Below, one piece after another: positions 48,154 to 59,000 of a DNA stretch of 64,000 bases. The stretch comes from Alphaproteobacteria bacterium (GTDB taxonomy: Bacteria > Pseudomonadota > Alphaproteobacteria > RF32 > CAG-239). A model generated the notes under the pieces. That model was not told where the DNA came from, made no database searches, and was given only the letters and a program-made list of their open reading frames with translations. Location: the NCBI GenBank assembly GCA_016288295.1, contig JAEEYV010000046.1, forward strand, positions 688 to 64,687. The letters run 5' to 3'. How positions within the stretch are numbered: the stretch's first letter is position 1; each line of letters opens with the position of its first letter. The position numbers and the translations under genes are program-made.

Positions 48154-48972
48154 ATGCCTTTTGATTCACAAGGAAAATTTACCAGACTTCATAACTGGGA
48201 ACAAGATCGTCTTAATGACATCGACATTGTTTCAGACCACGCTGATGAGGAGGATGATAACTTTGCTTCCGGCTTTAATGAAACTTTTTTGCGTGACGGA
48301 CGTGTTGCCATGCAAGGCGATATCAACATGGGAGGACATCGTATAAAAAATGTTGGCAACGCATTGTTGAGCGGCGATGTTGTTACCAAAAGTCAAGCCG
48401 ACAGCATGAGCAACCAGGTCGGAACAAATATCATAACTTTAATTAATGCTCTTCAGCCGGTCGGGGATATCAAGGCCTCGGCATGTTCTTCCAATCATGG
48501 CAATTGGCTGTTGTGTGACGGACAAGAAGTCGAGCGAGAAAATTATCCGGAGTTGTATGAATTAATAGGCACTAAATTTGGTGCCGGCAACGGAGTAACA
48601 ACTTTTAACGTTCCTGACTATCGTGGTAAATTTTTAAGAGGTTTGGGCGGAAATTCAGCTATTAATATTGAAACCACACAGGCCGAAAGTCTACCTGCTG
48701 TTCCCAATCACTACCACCTTATTGCCGGTGCAAAAAGTGGTGATTCTGACACTGTAAGTATTACTGCCAGCAACTATCTATGCCAAGAAGGTGGTGCTTC
48801 CGGTACTCACGCAGTTGCATACCGTCTTAACGGATCTACGACCACGCCGACCAAAGGTCGTACCAGTTCAACTAGTGTATCCAGCGGATTATACAATGGT
48901 TCTCACGTAACCCCGATTAACCAAGCGGTTTATTTCTTTATTAAAGCCAAGTCTGAAGTATTATCCGCCTAA
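48154..48972 (+). CDS. phage tail collar domain protein
   Basis: W.LCDGQ....YPELYELIGTKFGAGNG.TTFNVPDYRGKFLRG = Phage_tail_collar signature. Confidence 0.75.
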   Translation: MPFDSQGKFTRLHNWEQDRLNDIDIVSDHADEEDDNFASGFNETFLRDGRVAMQGDINMGGHRIKNVGNALLSGDVVTKSQADSMSNQVGTNIITLINALQPVGDIKASACSSNHGNWLLCDGQEVERENYPELYELIGTKFGAGNGVTTFNVPDYRGKFLRGLGGNSAINIETTQAESLPAVPNHYHLIAGAKSGDSDTVSITASNYLCQEGGASGTHAVAYRLNGSTTTPTKGRTSSTSVSSGLYNGSHVTPINQAVYFFIKAKSEVLSA

Positions 48973-49094
48973 CAGTAATCCGGCAGTCCTTATGAACTGC
49001 CGGAATTTTATGTGCCTTATTATAAAATATTATTGGTAAAAAAAAGAATGTTTGTGTACTATACAATATATATAATTTTTTGATGGAGGACGAT

Positions 49095-49712
49095 ATGGGC
49101 AAGACCATAATTTCAATTTTAGTGATATGTGCCATGGTCATTGGTTTTGGAATAGGTGTGCATCTTTATCGTGTTTCTCAAAAAAACAAACACGAAATGT
49201 CAAAATATACATCATCAGTTAAACTTAATGCTAAAACCGGTCGTACATTGGTTGTTTATTATTCCTTAAGCGGGCATACAAAGGCTATTGCTGAAAAAAT
49301 TGCTCGCTACACCAAAGCTGATCTGTATGAGATTAAGACAGCTGAAAAATTTGAACTCAATACCGCATTTTATCTCAAAGCCAGACACCAGCTTTATTCT
49401 AAACAATATCCTAAACTCAGTGGTAAAATGCCTAATTTTTCAAGATACAATACCATATTTGTCGGTGGTCCAGTATGGTGGTACGCTCCTGCCACGCCGT
49501 TATTGTCGTTTTTAGAAAAAGCAGACTTCAAAACTCGCAAAGTCGTTCCTTTCTCTACGCAAGGAAGCAACTATGGCAGCTTTTTTGTTGATTTTAAACG
49601 CATGGCCAAAAATGCTAAACTTCGTCCTCATGCATCATTCAACAATATTCCGGCTCAATATTCCAAAGAAGAAGAAAACAAAATAATTCATTGGATTAAT
49701 TCAATTCATTAA
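49095..49712 (+). CDS. membrane-anchored flavodoxin-like protein
   Basis: N-terminal TM; TLVVYYSLSGHTK and FVGGPVWW flavodoxin motifs. Confidence 0.7.
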   Translation: MGKTIISILVICAMVIGFGIGVHLYRVSQKNKHEMSKYTSSVKLNAKTGRTLVVYYSLSGHTKAIAEKIARYTKADLYEIKTAEKFELNTAFYLKARHQLYSKQYPKLSGKMPNFSRYNTIFVGGPVWWYAPATPLLSFLEKADFKTRKVVPFSTQGSNYGSFFVDFKRMAKNAKLRPHASFNNIPAQYSKEEENKIIHWINSIH

Positions 49713-50188
49713 TCTTCTTCCATTTTGCAATGCTTAGCAATTTCTTTGCATATAGTATCACGATCTTTTTTCTTCATAGCGTACAGAGGAATAGAAAACG
49801 CAGTGAACTTTGTTGATTGGCAAAAACTCTGCATAAGTGTTAACGGATAAACTTTGCCCGGTTTCAAATCAAAAACGATGATATTTCTTTTGCATAAGTG
49901 GTTGCTTACAATTTTTCTGGCTTTAGCAACATCTTTCCACATCAAAGGAACCGCACGGTCAATTTGAATAGAATTATTGTCGATATGAGCCAATCTTCTC
50001 GGAAACATCCACAAAAAATATGATACCAAGACGAACAAAATCGGACAGAATACAATCACCGTTGTAACGCCGGAACTCATGTTTAGAAAACGAGCTACAC
50101 AGGCAGCAACAGCCAATACAATCAAACTGACTATAAATAACGCAAACAATTTTTTACGACTATAATAGAAATCCATTTCATCCCCCAA
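49709..50188 (-). CDS. hypothetical membrane protein (2 TM + PH-like domain?)
   Basis: ORF, two hydrophobic helices. Confidence 0.4.
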   Translation of the reverse strand: MGDEMDFYYSRKKLFALFIVSLIVLAVAACVARFLNMSSGVTTVIVFCPILFVLVSYFLWMFPRRLAHIDNNSIQIDRAVPLMWKDVAKARKIVSNHLCKRNIIVFDLKPGKVYPLTLMQSFCQSTKFTAFSIPLYAMKKKDRDTICKEIAKHCKMEED

Positions 50189-50288
50189 TTATAATTTATA
50201 CTACGAAAAATTATATCTATTGCTAAAAAATTATATCTACATTAAACTGCAAATAGTTTTAATTTTTAATTAAGAGGACAGCACAAAA

Positions 50289-51050
50289 ATGAAAAAAATA
50301 CTTATCGTCTTAGCCATAATCCTTCTAATTATTGCCGGAGGTGTTTTTTATTTGGTTCATAACCTGGAAGGTATAGTTAAAAACGCCGTTACCAAATATG
50401 GAAGTCCGATTACGGGAACGGAAGTCAAACTCGGAGGATTTCATATTTCTCCATTTAATGGAGATATCAAATTGAGTAACATTACTATTGGTAATCCTAA
50501 AGAATATGCTCAGCCATATGTAATCAGTATTGAAAAAGTATCAGCAAAAGTTGACATAAAATCAATTACAAAGCCGGTTATCGTTATCAATCACATTCAA
50601 GTTGATAAGCCACAAATTACATATGAATTGCGCAATGTTACTTATAATAATATTTCTGATTTGTTGAAAAATATTATGGGCGGAAACAAACCTAAAGCCG
50701 ATTCCAGTAAAAAAGATTCGGGCAAGAAGGTTGTCGTTGATCTGGTTAATGTCGATGACGGTAAAGTCAATCTTGCTGCTTCGGTAGCAGGTCAGGGAGC
50801 TGCTGCAGGGATACCTCTACCGGCCATAAAAATTACAGATATCGGTCGTGATAAAGGCAAGAATGGAACCAGCCTTGCTGAAACAGTTTCAATCATTATC
50901 AAAAAGATATTGACTGCATCTTACCAAGCTGTAGTTGAAAAAGGCTTGGCAAACGTTAAAGATGCTGCTGTTGATGGAGTTAAAGCCGTTGGCGATACAG
51001 CAGAAGGTGTTGTCGACAGTACCAAAGGTTTCTTCAAAAAACTTTTCTGA
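50289..51050 (+). CDS. hypothetical N-terminally anchored envelope protein (253 aa)
   Basis: Single N-terminal TM, beta-rich; followed by terminator ~51076-51100. Confidence 0.4.
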   Translation: MKKILIVLAIILLIIAGGVFYLVHNLEGIVKNAVTKYGSPITGTEVKLGGFHISPFNGDIKLSNITIGNPKEYAQPYVISIEKVSAKVDIKSITKPVIVINHIQVDKPQITYELRNVTYNNISDLLKNIMGGNKPKADSSKKDSGKKVVVDLVNVDDGKVNLAASVAGQGAAAGIPLPAIKITDIGRDKGKNGTSLAETVSIIIKKILTASYQAVVEKGLANVKDAAVDGVKAVGDTAEGVVDSTKGFFKKLF

Positions 51051-51094
51051 TCAGACCTTCTTACAACAAAAAGCCTCCCACAAGGGAGGTTTTT

Positions 51095-51814
51095 TTATTT
51101 GCTTACTTTTGCAAAATCTAAAAATACCGGCTTTCGTCCTTCACGGATTGCTTTACGCTGATATTTTGTTTCTACCCAATCTGCTGGTTCATGTTTCCAG
51201 TCATTACCGCAAGTTGCCGTCCACTCAAAAAACGGACAGTCTTTCATTTGCCGTAAGGTCCAGGTTTTATAAACCATATGATCTGTTGCTACTCTTAAAA
51301 TACCATTTGGTTTTAAAATTCTTGCCAATGTCTTCAGATTTTCCGGATTAATAAAACGCCTTGATGCATGCCGCTTTTTGGGCCACGGATCGGGAAATAA
51401 CAAAAACACCATATCCAAGCATTCATCCGGCAACAACGGAAAGAGCAGTCGAATATCATCATCCCAAATTCGTAGGTTATCACTACGTTCATTCAAGAGT
51501 TTTATATCATCACCGATTTCATCATTTTGTTTTATTTCGGTAATTAAGCTCAATAAATTAGCAATTCCGTTTTTGAAAACTTCTGCCCCTATATAGGCGA
51601 TATCCTTATGTTTAAGAGAATGTCCTGCCAAATGGTCACCATCACCAAAACCGATTTCCAAATAAATTTTTTGCGGATGAAAAGGAAAATCAAGCGGATT
51701 GTCAGCATTTAATTTAACCGTAGGCAAAAAACTCTCCATTAATACAGATTTTGCCTTTCTCAAACGTCTTCCTTGCCTACGCCCATAAAAATGTGGTTTA
51801 TCATCTATTTGCAT
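51095..51814 (-). CDS. trmB: tRNA (guanine46-N7)-methyltransferase
   Basis: EIGFGDG and LLFPDPWPKKRH motifs. Confidence 0.85.
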   Translation of the reverse strand: MQIDDKPHFYGRRQGRRLRKAKSVLMESFLPTVKLNADNPLDFPFHPQKIYLEIGFGDGDHLAGHSLKHKDIAYIGAEVFKNGIANLLSLITEIKQNDEIGDDIKLLNERSDNLRIWDDDIRLLFPLLPDECLDMVFLLFPDPWPKKRHASRRFINPENLKTLARILKPNGILRVATDHMVYKTWTLRQMKDCPFFEWTATCGNDWKHEPADWVETKYQRKAIREGRKPVFLDFAKVSK

Positions 51815-52947
51815 TGTTGCAAATCCTTAGCCAAATTCATGTTTTCCCAACTGAAATGTCCATCTGCATCCCATTTTCTTCCAAAATGTCCGTAAGCCGC
51901 CGTTGGCAAATAAATTGGGCGCTTTAGTTGCAATGTTCTGATAATGCCTTTTGGAGTTAAATCAATATTTTTATTTATAAATGCCAATATTTTGTTTTTA
52001 TCAACTTTTTCAGTACCTTTACAGTCAATATACAACGACAGCGGTTCTGCTTTACCGATTGCATATGACACTTGTAACAAACATTCATCAGCCAGTTCTG
52101 CAGCCACAATATTTTTAGCCAACCAACGGAGCATATACGCCGCTGATCGATCAACCTTACTTGGGTCTTTCCCCGAAAAAGCACCACCACCATGAGGAGC
52201 GGCTCCACCATATGTATCAACTACAATCTTACGCCCAGTCAGACCTGCATCTCCATCAGGGCCACCAATCACAAATTGTCCTGCGGGATTAATCATTAAT
52301 TCTGCAGATTTTGGTTTTAGTTTGGAAGGAACAGTATCCAATATAACTTGTTTGACAACATTTCTCACTTCATCAAGAGAAAAATCTTTTTTATGTTGGG
52401 TTGAAACAATAATTTTTTTAACCGCTACAGCATGTCCTTTATCATTATACTCAACAGTTACTTGGCTTTTTGCATCCGGTAACAAACCTTCAGATTTTGT
52501 ATCATGCAGATTTAATAATATTCTGTTTGCTAAAAACACTGTTAATGGCATAAATTCGGTCTCAAAACCAATTTCCTTTTTTGCATATCCGAACATAATT
52601 CCTTGGTCGCCGGCACCAAAATCTTTTATTCCGTCAGCAATATCTGCGGATTGGCGATGGAGCAGGTTAGTAATCTCGACTTTTTTCCAGTCAAAACCTT
52701 TCTGTTCATAGCCGATATTTTTAATCAAATCTCTAATTGTATCTTCAATTTTTTCTTTTGATATTCTGGCTTTGCTTAAGGTTTCTCCAGCCACAATCAC
52801 ACTATTTGTCGTTGCCATGGTTTCAATAGCAGTATGCGCATCAGGATCTTTTGTAAGATAAAGATCAAGCACGGCATCAGATATTTGATCACAAATTTTA
52901 TCCGGATGCCCATTTGATACAGCTTCACTGGTAAATAAATAAGTCAT
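51805..52947 (-). CDS. metK: S-adenosylmethionine synthetase
   Basis: ..YLFTSE.VS.GHPDK N-terminus, GGGAFSGKDPSKVDRSAAY; start trimmed to the conserved Met. Confidence 0.9.
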   Translation of the reverse strand: MTYLFTSEAVSNGHPDKICDQISDAVLDLYLTKDPDAHTAIETMATTNSVIVAGETLSKARISKEKIEDTIRDLIKNIGYEQKGFDWKKVEITNLLHRQSADIADGIKDFGAGDQGIMFGYAKKEIGFETEFMPLTVFLANRILLNLHDTKSEGLLPDAKSQVTVEYNDKGHAVAVKKIIVSTQHKKDFSLDEVRNVVKQVILDTVPSKLKPKSAELMINPAGQFVIGGPDGDAGLTGRKIVVDTYGGAAPHGGGAFSGKDPSKVDRSAAYMLRWLAKNIVAAELADECLLQVSYAIGKAEPLSLYIDCKGTEKVDKNKILAFINKNIDLTPKGIIRTLQLKRPIYLPTAAYGHFGRKWDADGHFSWENMNLAKDLQQCK

Positions 52948-53034
52948 ACTTCCCTCCGTAATCGATATAATAAAAGCTGACACACAAAAATGCCAGCTTT
53001 ATTTTTCTTATTACACAGCAAGTCAAATAAAAAG

Positions 53035-53547
53035 TTAATCCATTTTTTGTACAGCATTTGATTTTGATAACGCAATAATCAGATCATACAAAATTTTTGC
53101 TGTCTTGCGATTATTGATTTTATAGTATGCTTTGACCAATTCTAGTGTTTCTTGTCTTTTCATCGGATCCATATCAATATCATCAGAAATTTCATTCAAC
53201 CTTAACGGTTCTGTTTCTGACGAACTGAATACACGTGGACTTTGTGAAGCAACATTTTTATCCATATCTTCAAAAAAGAAATTAATCGGAACATTCATGA
53301 CATTGCCGATATCCCACAAACGGCTAGCACCGACACGGTTACTTCCACGTTCATACTTTTGGACTTGTTGAAATGTCAACCCCAACATTGCTGCCAATTT
53401 TTCCTGACTCCATCCCAAAATACTGCGACGCAGACGAATTCTATTTCCGACGTGAATATCTATAGGGTTAGGTTGCCCACTTGGGGTACGTCCACGACTT
53501 GATTTTTTTGACTTCTGTAATGTCATATTATATAACTCCAACAACAT
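53035..53547 (-). CDS. XRE-family HTH transcriptional regulator
   Basis: HTH LRRSILGWSQEKLAAMLGLTFQQVQKYERG. Confidence 0.65.
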   Translation of the reverse strand: MLLELYNMTLQKSKKSSRGRTPSGQPNPIDIHVGNRIRLRRSILGWSQEKLAAMLGLTFQQVQKYERGSNRVGASRLWDIGNVMNVPINFFFEDMDKNVASQSPRVFSSSETEPLRLNEISDDIDMDPMKRQETLELVKAYYKINNRKTAKILYDLIIALSKSNAVQKMD

Positions 53548-53637
53548 ATCACTACTACCAAAATGCTACTTTTAGTAGTACTTGTCAATCATATTTTTTA
53601 ATAACATTGTATATCAGATTTTGCTTATATATTAAGG

Positions 53638-55161
53638 TTATTTATTCGTTTTTACCGATATTCCTAAGGCCATAAATAACAGCAACAACATAATTACAGT
53701 TGGAATTGTATTTCCGTATTTTGAATATAATGTTTCAACATCCAAATTTTGAGGTAACATTACATCCAAATTTCCACGTTCATGCAATCCTATTAATTTT
53801 ATAATTTTCCCACTCCGGGAAATTATTGCAGATATTCCTGAATTTGCCGCTCTAACTACGGTAAGACCTTCCTCTACTGCACGCAATTGAGCCGACACTA
53901 AATGTTGATATGGACCTGAACTTTTACCGTACCACCCATCATTAGTCAGATTTATCAACCATTGCGGTCTATCGCTTTTATTTGCAACCTGATGCGGAAA
54001 AATAACTTCATAGCACACCAAAATTCCGAATGGTGGCAATTTATCTGTATGTATAGTTCTTACGCCACTACCGGCCTTAAAATCAGCAATAACTTTTGTT
54101 ATTGGGCGCAATTTTGCCGGAATAAAACGTCTTAACGGAATATATTCTCCAAACGGAACCAAATGCGATTTAGCATATGTTTCAACAATACCTTTACCAT
54201 GTTGCAATATAATACCTGCATTAACCGGTAACCAACGATCATCGCTGTCTGGGAAATAATCAATGCTTCCTGTAATTAAAAATCCATCATCAGGTATTGC
54301 CGGTAACAACTGATAAAGATGCTCTCTGTCCATGGAAATTGGAAAAGTGCTTGCCGTTTCTCCCCAAATTACTACATTTGTATCGGCAAAACCTTCTTCC
54401 TGAGACATCTCAATATAATCTTCAAAATTATGTTCAAGCTGGCTGTAATTCCACTTCATACTTTGAGGAATACTTGGTTGCACAATTCTTATTTTAATGT
54501 CTGATGATTCATTATTATCAAGTTTTTGTGCACGATACATACCAAATATAAGCAATATTAAAATTAACACAACCGCCACAATACTTATCCAAAAAGCATT
54601 TCTTTTTTTAGTTTTAACCACCATTAACGGTAATGTAGAGATTATAATTACCAGCATTGATAAAGTATATGTTCCTGCAACAGATGCCAACTGCAACAAT
54701 CTATGGTCAAAGGCAAGTGCTGATCCCAAGAGATTCCACGGAAAACCGGTTAATAAAAAAGAACGCAACCATTCTCCACCCCCCCATAATGCGGCAAAAG
54801 CAACAGTTTTAGCTCCGATACCTCTGAAGAAATAGCTTCCCCATGCCGACAATGCTACAAAAAGCCCAAAAAAAGCACCGCTTGCAGATAGTGCAATTGG
54901 CATTAACCACCAAAAACTTTTTAAATCCATAGCCAGAGCATGTGTAATCCACGACAATCCTACTGCAAAAAATCCGAAACCAAACCAATATCCCAAAGCA
55001 AAAGCTTGCTTGGAACTGTTTGCATTAGCCAACATACTAATCAAACCCCCGAAGCATATAAACAATATCCATATTTGATAATATGGAGGCATAGCAAAAG
55101 TAGCTCCTATTCCAAGAGCCAATGCTATTGTCTTTTTATATTGTAGCCATTGCTTATTCAT
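53638..55161 (-). CDS. lnt: apolipoprotein N-acyltransferase
   Basis: N-terminal polytopic domain + CN-hydrolase domain (VCYEVIFP). Confidence 0.85.
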   Translation of the reverse strand: MNKQWLQYKKTIALALGIGATFAMPPYYQIWILFICFGGLISMLANANSSKQAFALGYWFGFGFFAVGLSWITHALAMDLKSFWWLMPIALSASGAFFGLFVALSAWGSYFFRGIGAKTVAFAALWGGGEWLRSFLLTGFPWNLLGSALAFDHRLLQLASVAGTYTLSMLVIIISTLPLMVVKTKKRNAFWISIVAVVLILILLIFGMYRAQKLDNNESSDIKIRIVQPSIPQSMKWNYSQLEHNFEDYIEMSQEEGFADTNVVIWGETASTFPISMDREHLYQLLPAIPDDGFLITGSIDYFPDSDDRWLPVNAGIILQHGKGIVETYAKSHLVPFGEYIPLRRFIPAKLRPITKVIADFKAGSGVRTIHTDKLPPFGILVCYEVIFPHQVANKSDRPQWLINLTNDGWYGKSSGPYQHLVSAQLRAVEEGLTVVRAANSGISAIISRSGKIIKLIGLHERGNLDVMLPQNLDVETLYSKYGNTIPTVIMLLLLFMALGISVKTNK

Positions 55162-56038
55162 TTACAGCCTGAGCCTCAGTATTTGTAGGCAAAATAATCA
55201 TAATTTTTTTTATTCGGCTAGGATTGACATCAATTATCTTAAACTTGACACCTTCGTGTCCTTCAATAATCTCACCCTTGTTAGGAATACGTTGTGCCAA
55301 CTCAAAGACGTATCCTCCAATAGTATCTACTTCATTTTCTTCCTCGTTTTCCTCACCAAAAGCTAAGCCTGTAACCTCCCGTACTTCATCAAGATAAGCC
55401 TTGGCATCAGCAATAAAAGCACCTTGTCCTTGCAGAGTAATAATATGATTTTCTTCCAAATCATATTCGTCTTCAATATCTCCGACAATTTCTTCTAACA
55501 AGTCCTCAATTGTAACCAAACCGCAAACCCCGCCATAATCATCAACCACGACGGCCATATGAGTTTTGCTTTGTTGCATTTCTTTCAACAAATCAAGTAC
55601 CGACACCTCCGGCGAAGCCAACTTTATATGATTAGCTTCAATTGAAGCAACTGACATTTTATCTTGCCCACGGAGCAAACACGTTGCTAAATCAATGATG
55701 TGTAAAAAACCGGTAACATCATCTAGAGATTCTCCGTAAATAGGAATTCTTGAGTGCCCTTTTTCAACCATAAGCTTGGCCAAATCTTCAACAGTTCCAT
55801 CTTTTTGAAAAGCAATAATATCAGCACGTGGTATCATAACCCGACATACTTTTTTATCTTTAATACCCAACACATTACTCAGCAATTGCTGTTCATGTTC
55901 ACTAAACTCGTCGTTTCCAGTATCATCGACAGCTTCTTCAATCATATCTTCGATTGTTTCGCGCACATCTTCTTCTTTTGGGGCAAAAATGTTCTTAACA
56001 AAATTTAACAAACTATGACTTTGGTTGTCATCACTCAT
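55154..56038 (-). CDS. CBS-domain hemolysin-like/CorC family protein
   Basis: Tandem CBS + CorC_HlyC C-terminal domain. Confidence 0.8.
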   Translation of the reverse strand: MSDDNQSHSLLNFVKNIFAPKEEDVRETIEDMIEEAVDDTGNDEFSEHEQQLLSNVLGIKDKKVCRVMIPRADIIAFQKDGTVEDLAKLMVEKGHSRIPIYGESLDDVTGFLHIIDLATCLLRGQDKMSVASIEANHIKLASPEVSVLDLLKEMQQSKTHMAVVVDDYGGVCGLVTIEDLLEEIVGDIEDEYDLEENHIITLQGQGAFIADAKAYLDEVREVTGLAFGEENEEENEVDTIGGYVFELAQRIPNKGEIIEGHEGVKFKIIDVNPSRIKKIMIILPTNTEAQAVNE

Positions 56039-56041
56039 ATC

Positions 56042-56584
56042 TTACTCACTCTCCTCATAGGGATTATCAATGTTAAAAAGTTTCAACAATATTATTTCTT
56101 CACTTTCCATTTCTTTTGCTTCCTCTGCTTCCATATGGTCATATCCCAGCAGATGCAAGATTCCATGGATAAGAATATGGCAATAATGGTCATGCAGACT
56201 TAATTCTTGGTCCTTACTCTGGTTTATCATCGTTTCCAAAGCAATTATTATATCGCCAAGTTCAATCTCATCATTACGTACCAAATAAGCTTCAAATTCC
56301 TCATCATCAATATTGGCAAACGATAAGACATTTGTTGGTTTATCAAGTTGTCTGAATTCGGCATTAAGCTGTCTGATCTCTTCATCATTATTCAATGACA
56401 AGTTTATAATAACATTTTTTTTATTGTTTAACCAGTCAGGCTGTAATGTCGATATCACCTTATCAAACACCTCTGCGGATAGTTTTTCAACTTCCGGCAA
56501 TTCTTTTAGCCAATTGTCGTCGGCAATATCAATATTAAGCTGAGTTTTAATCATGCTCTTCCTTGTTACGTTGTTCATAAGCAC
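56042..56584 (-). CDS. ybeY: rRNA maturation endoribonuclease YbeY
   Basis: HGILHLLGYDH zinc motif. Confidence 0.9.
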   Translation of the reverse strand: MLMNNVTRKSMIKTQLNIDIADDNWLKELPEVEKLSAEVFDKVISTLQPDWLNNKKNVIINLSLNNDEEIRQLNAEFRQLDKPTNVLSFANIDDEEFEAYLVRNDEIELGDIIIALETMINQSKDQELSLHDHYCHILIHGILHLLGYDHMEAEEAKEMESEEIILLKLFNIDNPYEESE

Positions 56585-57506
56585 AGACTATTTTGGCTAC
56601 CAAACCATGACGAACGACATCTTCAGCCCCAAAAGTAACTGAGGTTATACCTTTAATATTCTTCAAAGTAGCCAATGCATCTTTTAAACCCGAAATTGTC
56701 CCTCTTGGCAAGTCAACCTGACTTAAGTCGCCGTTGACTACCATGCGTGAGTTTTCTCCCAGACGGGTTAAAAACATTTTCATCTGCATTGGGGTTGTAT
56801 TTTGAGCCTCGTCCAAAATAACAAACGCATTTGATAATGTACGTCCGCGCATAAAAGCTAAGGGGGCAATTTCAATTTCTCCGGCGGCCAATTTTTTATC
56901 GACCTGTTCAGCTGGTAACATCTCATACAAAGCATCATATAACGGGCGCAGGTAAGGATCTACTTTATCTTTCAAATCACCCGGTAAAAAACCTAAATTT
57001 TCGCCGGCCTCAACTGCGGGACGTGATAAAATAATTTTATCAATTGATCCTTCCAACATCATAGAAACAGCCAAAGCAACAGCCAAATAAGTTTTACCGG
57101 TACCGGCAGGTCCCAGACCAAACACCAACTCATTGTCCATCATTTCCAAAATATACTTTGCTTGGTTTTGTGAACGTGGATAGATATGGCGTTTTTTTGT
57201 TTTGAGAACAATGTTATTTAGATCAACCTGTTTTTTATCATCAATATTAGCACCACTCATCCTGACAGCGGCTTTTACTTCTTGTGAACCAATATTAATT
57301 CCTCGGCTTGCTTTTGAATACAAAGCATCAATAGCTTCCTTAGCTTTGGCACAATTTTCTTCATCACCTTTAATAGTTAGACGATTGCCAAACGTAGCAA
57401 TTTCGACTCCGATTGTTTCTTCAATAATTTTCAAATTTTCGTCATTAGCTCCTACGAGTTGTTGAAGAAATTGGTTATTAAAAAGTTCAAATTCTATTTC
57501 TGCCAT
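56547..57506 (-). CDS. phoH: PhoH-like ATPase
   Basis: GPAGTGKTYLAVA Walker A; conserved phoH-ybeY-corC order. Confidence 0.9.
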   Translation of the reverse strand: MAEIEFELFNNQFLQQLVGANDENLKIIEETIGVEIATFGNRLTIKGDEENCAKAKEAIDALYSKASRGINIGSQEVKAAVRMSGANIDDKKQVDLNNIVLKTKKRHIYPRSQNQAKYILEMMDNELVFGLGPAGTGKTYLAVALAVSMMLEGSIDKIILSRPAVEAGENLGFLPGDLKDKVDPYLRPLYDALYEMLPAEQVDKKLAAGEIEIAPLAFMRGRTLSNAFVILDEAQNTTPMQMKMFLTRLGENSRMVVNGDLSQVDLPRGTISGLKDALATLKNIKGITSVTFGAEDVVRHGLVAKIVCAYEQRNKEEHD

Positions 57507-57518
57507 AATTTATTGCCT

Positions 57519-58856
57519 TTACTTAATTACACCATTCAGCGAATTCATTCCGCCGGAAGTTATTTCAACATTTTTAATTTTATTCAAATTTTCTAATCCA
57601 CCCTTTGCTACTAATGTCTGCATATAAGGTGTACGACCGAAAATTTCACCGTTTTTACGCCCCTTACTTTCAAACAGTACTGGCATTATCTTACCAACAC
57701 ATTCTTTATTAAAGTTTAATTGTCGTGAAAATAAATCATCTTGCAAAACAGCCAAACGTTTTTGTTTTACTTTTTCTTCTACCTGGTTTGGATAAACCGC
57801 CGCTGGAGTTCCGGCTCTGCGGCTGTATTTAAAGGAAAAAGCTTGAATATAATTTACTTTTTCTACCATATCCATAGTGGCTCTAAAATCATCATCCGTT
57901 TCACCGGGAAAACCGACTATAAAATCAGATGACAGTCCGATTCGCGGATTGGCATTCTTCAATTTTTCAACAATATTCAAATATTGCCCGCTGGTATGGC
58001 GGCGATTCATAGCTTTCAAAATCTTATCCGAACCGGACTGTAGGGGCAAATGTAAATATGGCATTAATTTGCTCAAATCTTTATGGCAGGCAATCAGTTC
58101 ATCGTTCATATCTGCGGGGTATGATGTCGTATATCTCAACCGTTTCAGACCGTCAATTTCTGACAATTTATTCAACAAATAAGCCAAATTGCGTTCTTTG
58201 CCGTTTGCATCTTCTCCATGATAAGAATTAACATTTTGCCCCAGAAGGTTAATTTCCAGAGTTCCTCCCTCAACCAGACGTTTTGCTTCGGCAATTATGT
58301 CCTCAATCGGGCGCGAAGTTTCAACTCCGCGGGTGTATGGCACAATACAATATGTACAAAAATTATTGCAACCTTCTTGTATAGCCAAATAAGAACACCC
58401 TCCGGAGCATTTATTCTGCGGTAAAAAGTCAAATTTGCTTTCTGCTGGAAAATCGGTATCAATTACACAAATATTCTTTTCTGCGGCAATTCTTTGCAAA
58501 ATTTCGGGGATACGATAATAAGTCAGAGGACCGGTAGCAAAGTTTACATAAGGAGCTCTCACGGCAATTTGTTCATTTTCGGCCTGTACAACGCAACCTA
58601 CGACACCGATAATCGTTTCAAGCCCACGTTCTGCACGTTCATTTTTTATAATTTCGATTCTTCCAAGGTCAGAGAATAGCTTTTCAGCTGCCTTCTCGCG
58701 AATATGGCATGTATTAAATATAATCAAATCAGCTTCTTCAACTTTAGAAGCTGCTTTATATCCCATATTTTCTAAAATAACGGCGATTCTTCCTGAATCA
58801 TAGACATTCATCTGACAGCCGAAAGTCTTTATAAAATAGTTCACGACAATGAACAC
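57519..58856 (-). CDS. miaB: tRNA-i6A37 methylthiotransferase
   Basis: FGCQMN N-terminal, radical SAM C..C..C, TRAM C-terminus. Confidence 0.9.
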   Translation of the reverse strand: MFIVVNYFIKTFGCQMNVYDSGRIAVILENMGYKAASKVEEADLIIFNTCHIREKAAEKLFSDLGRIEIIKNERAERGLETIIGVVGCVVQAENEQIAVRAPYVNFATGPLTYYRIPEILQRIAAEKNICVIDTDFPAESKFDFLPQNKCSGGCSYLAIQEGCNNFCTYCIVPYTRGVETSRPIEDIIAEAKRLVEGGTLEINLLGQNVNSYHGEDANGKERNLAYLLNKLSEIDGLKRLRYTTSYPADMNDELIACHKDLSKLMPYLHLPLQSGSDKILKAMNRRHTSGQYLNIVEKLKNANPRIGLSSDFIVGFPGETDDDFRATMDMVEKVNYIQAFSFKYSRRAGTPAAVYPNQVEEKVKQKRLAVLQDDLFSRQLNFNKECVGKIMPVLFESKGRKNGEIFGRTPYMQTLVAKGGLENLNKIKNVEITSGGMNSLNGVIK

Positions 58857-59000
58857 CCTTAAAAGTTAAGATTTTCACAATATACTAGACTATTTATAGC
58901 TATTTTCAAGCATTTTTTCTACGTTTGACGCTTTCTTTATTGTTGCCAAATTTTATATATTTTGGTATTCTAAATTCAGAGTTAATATCGGAGAAAATCA

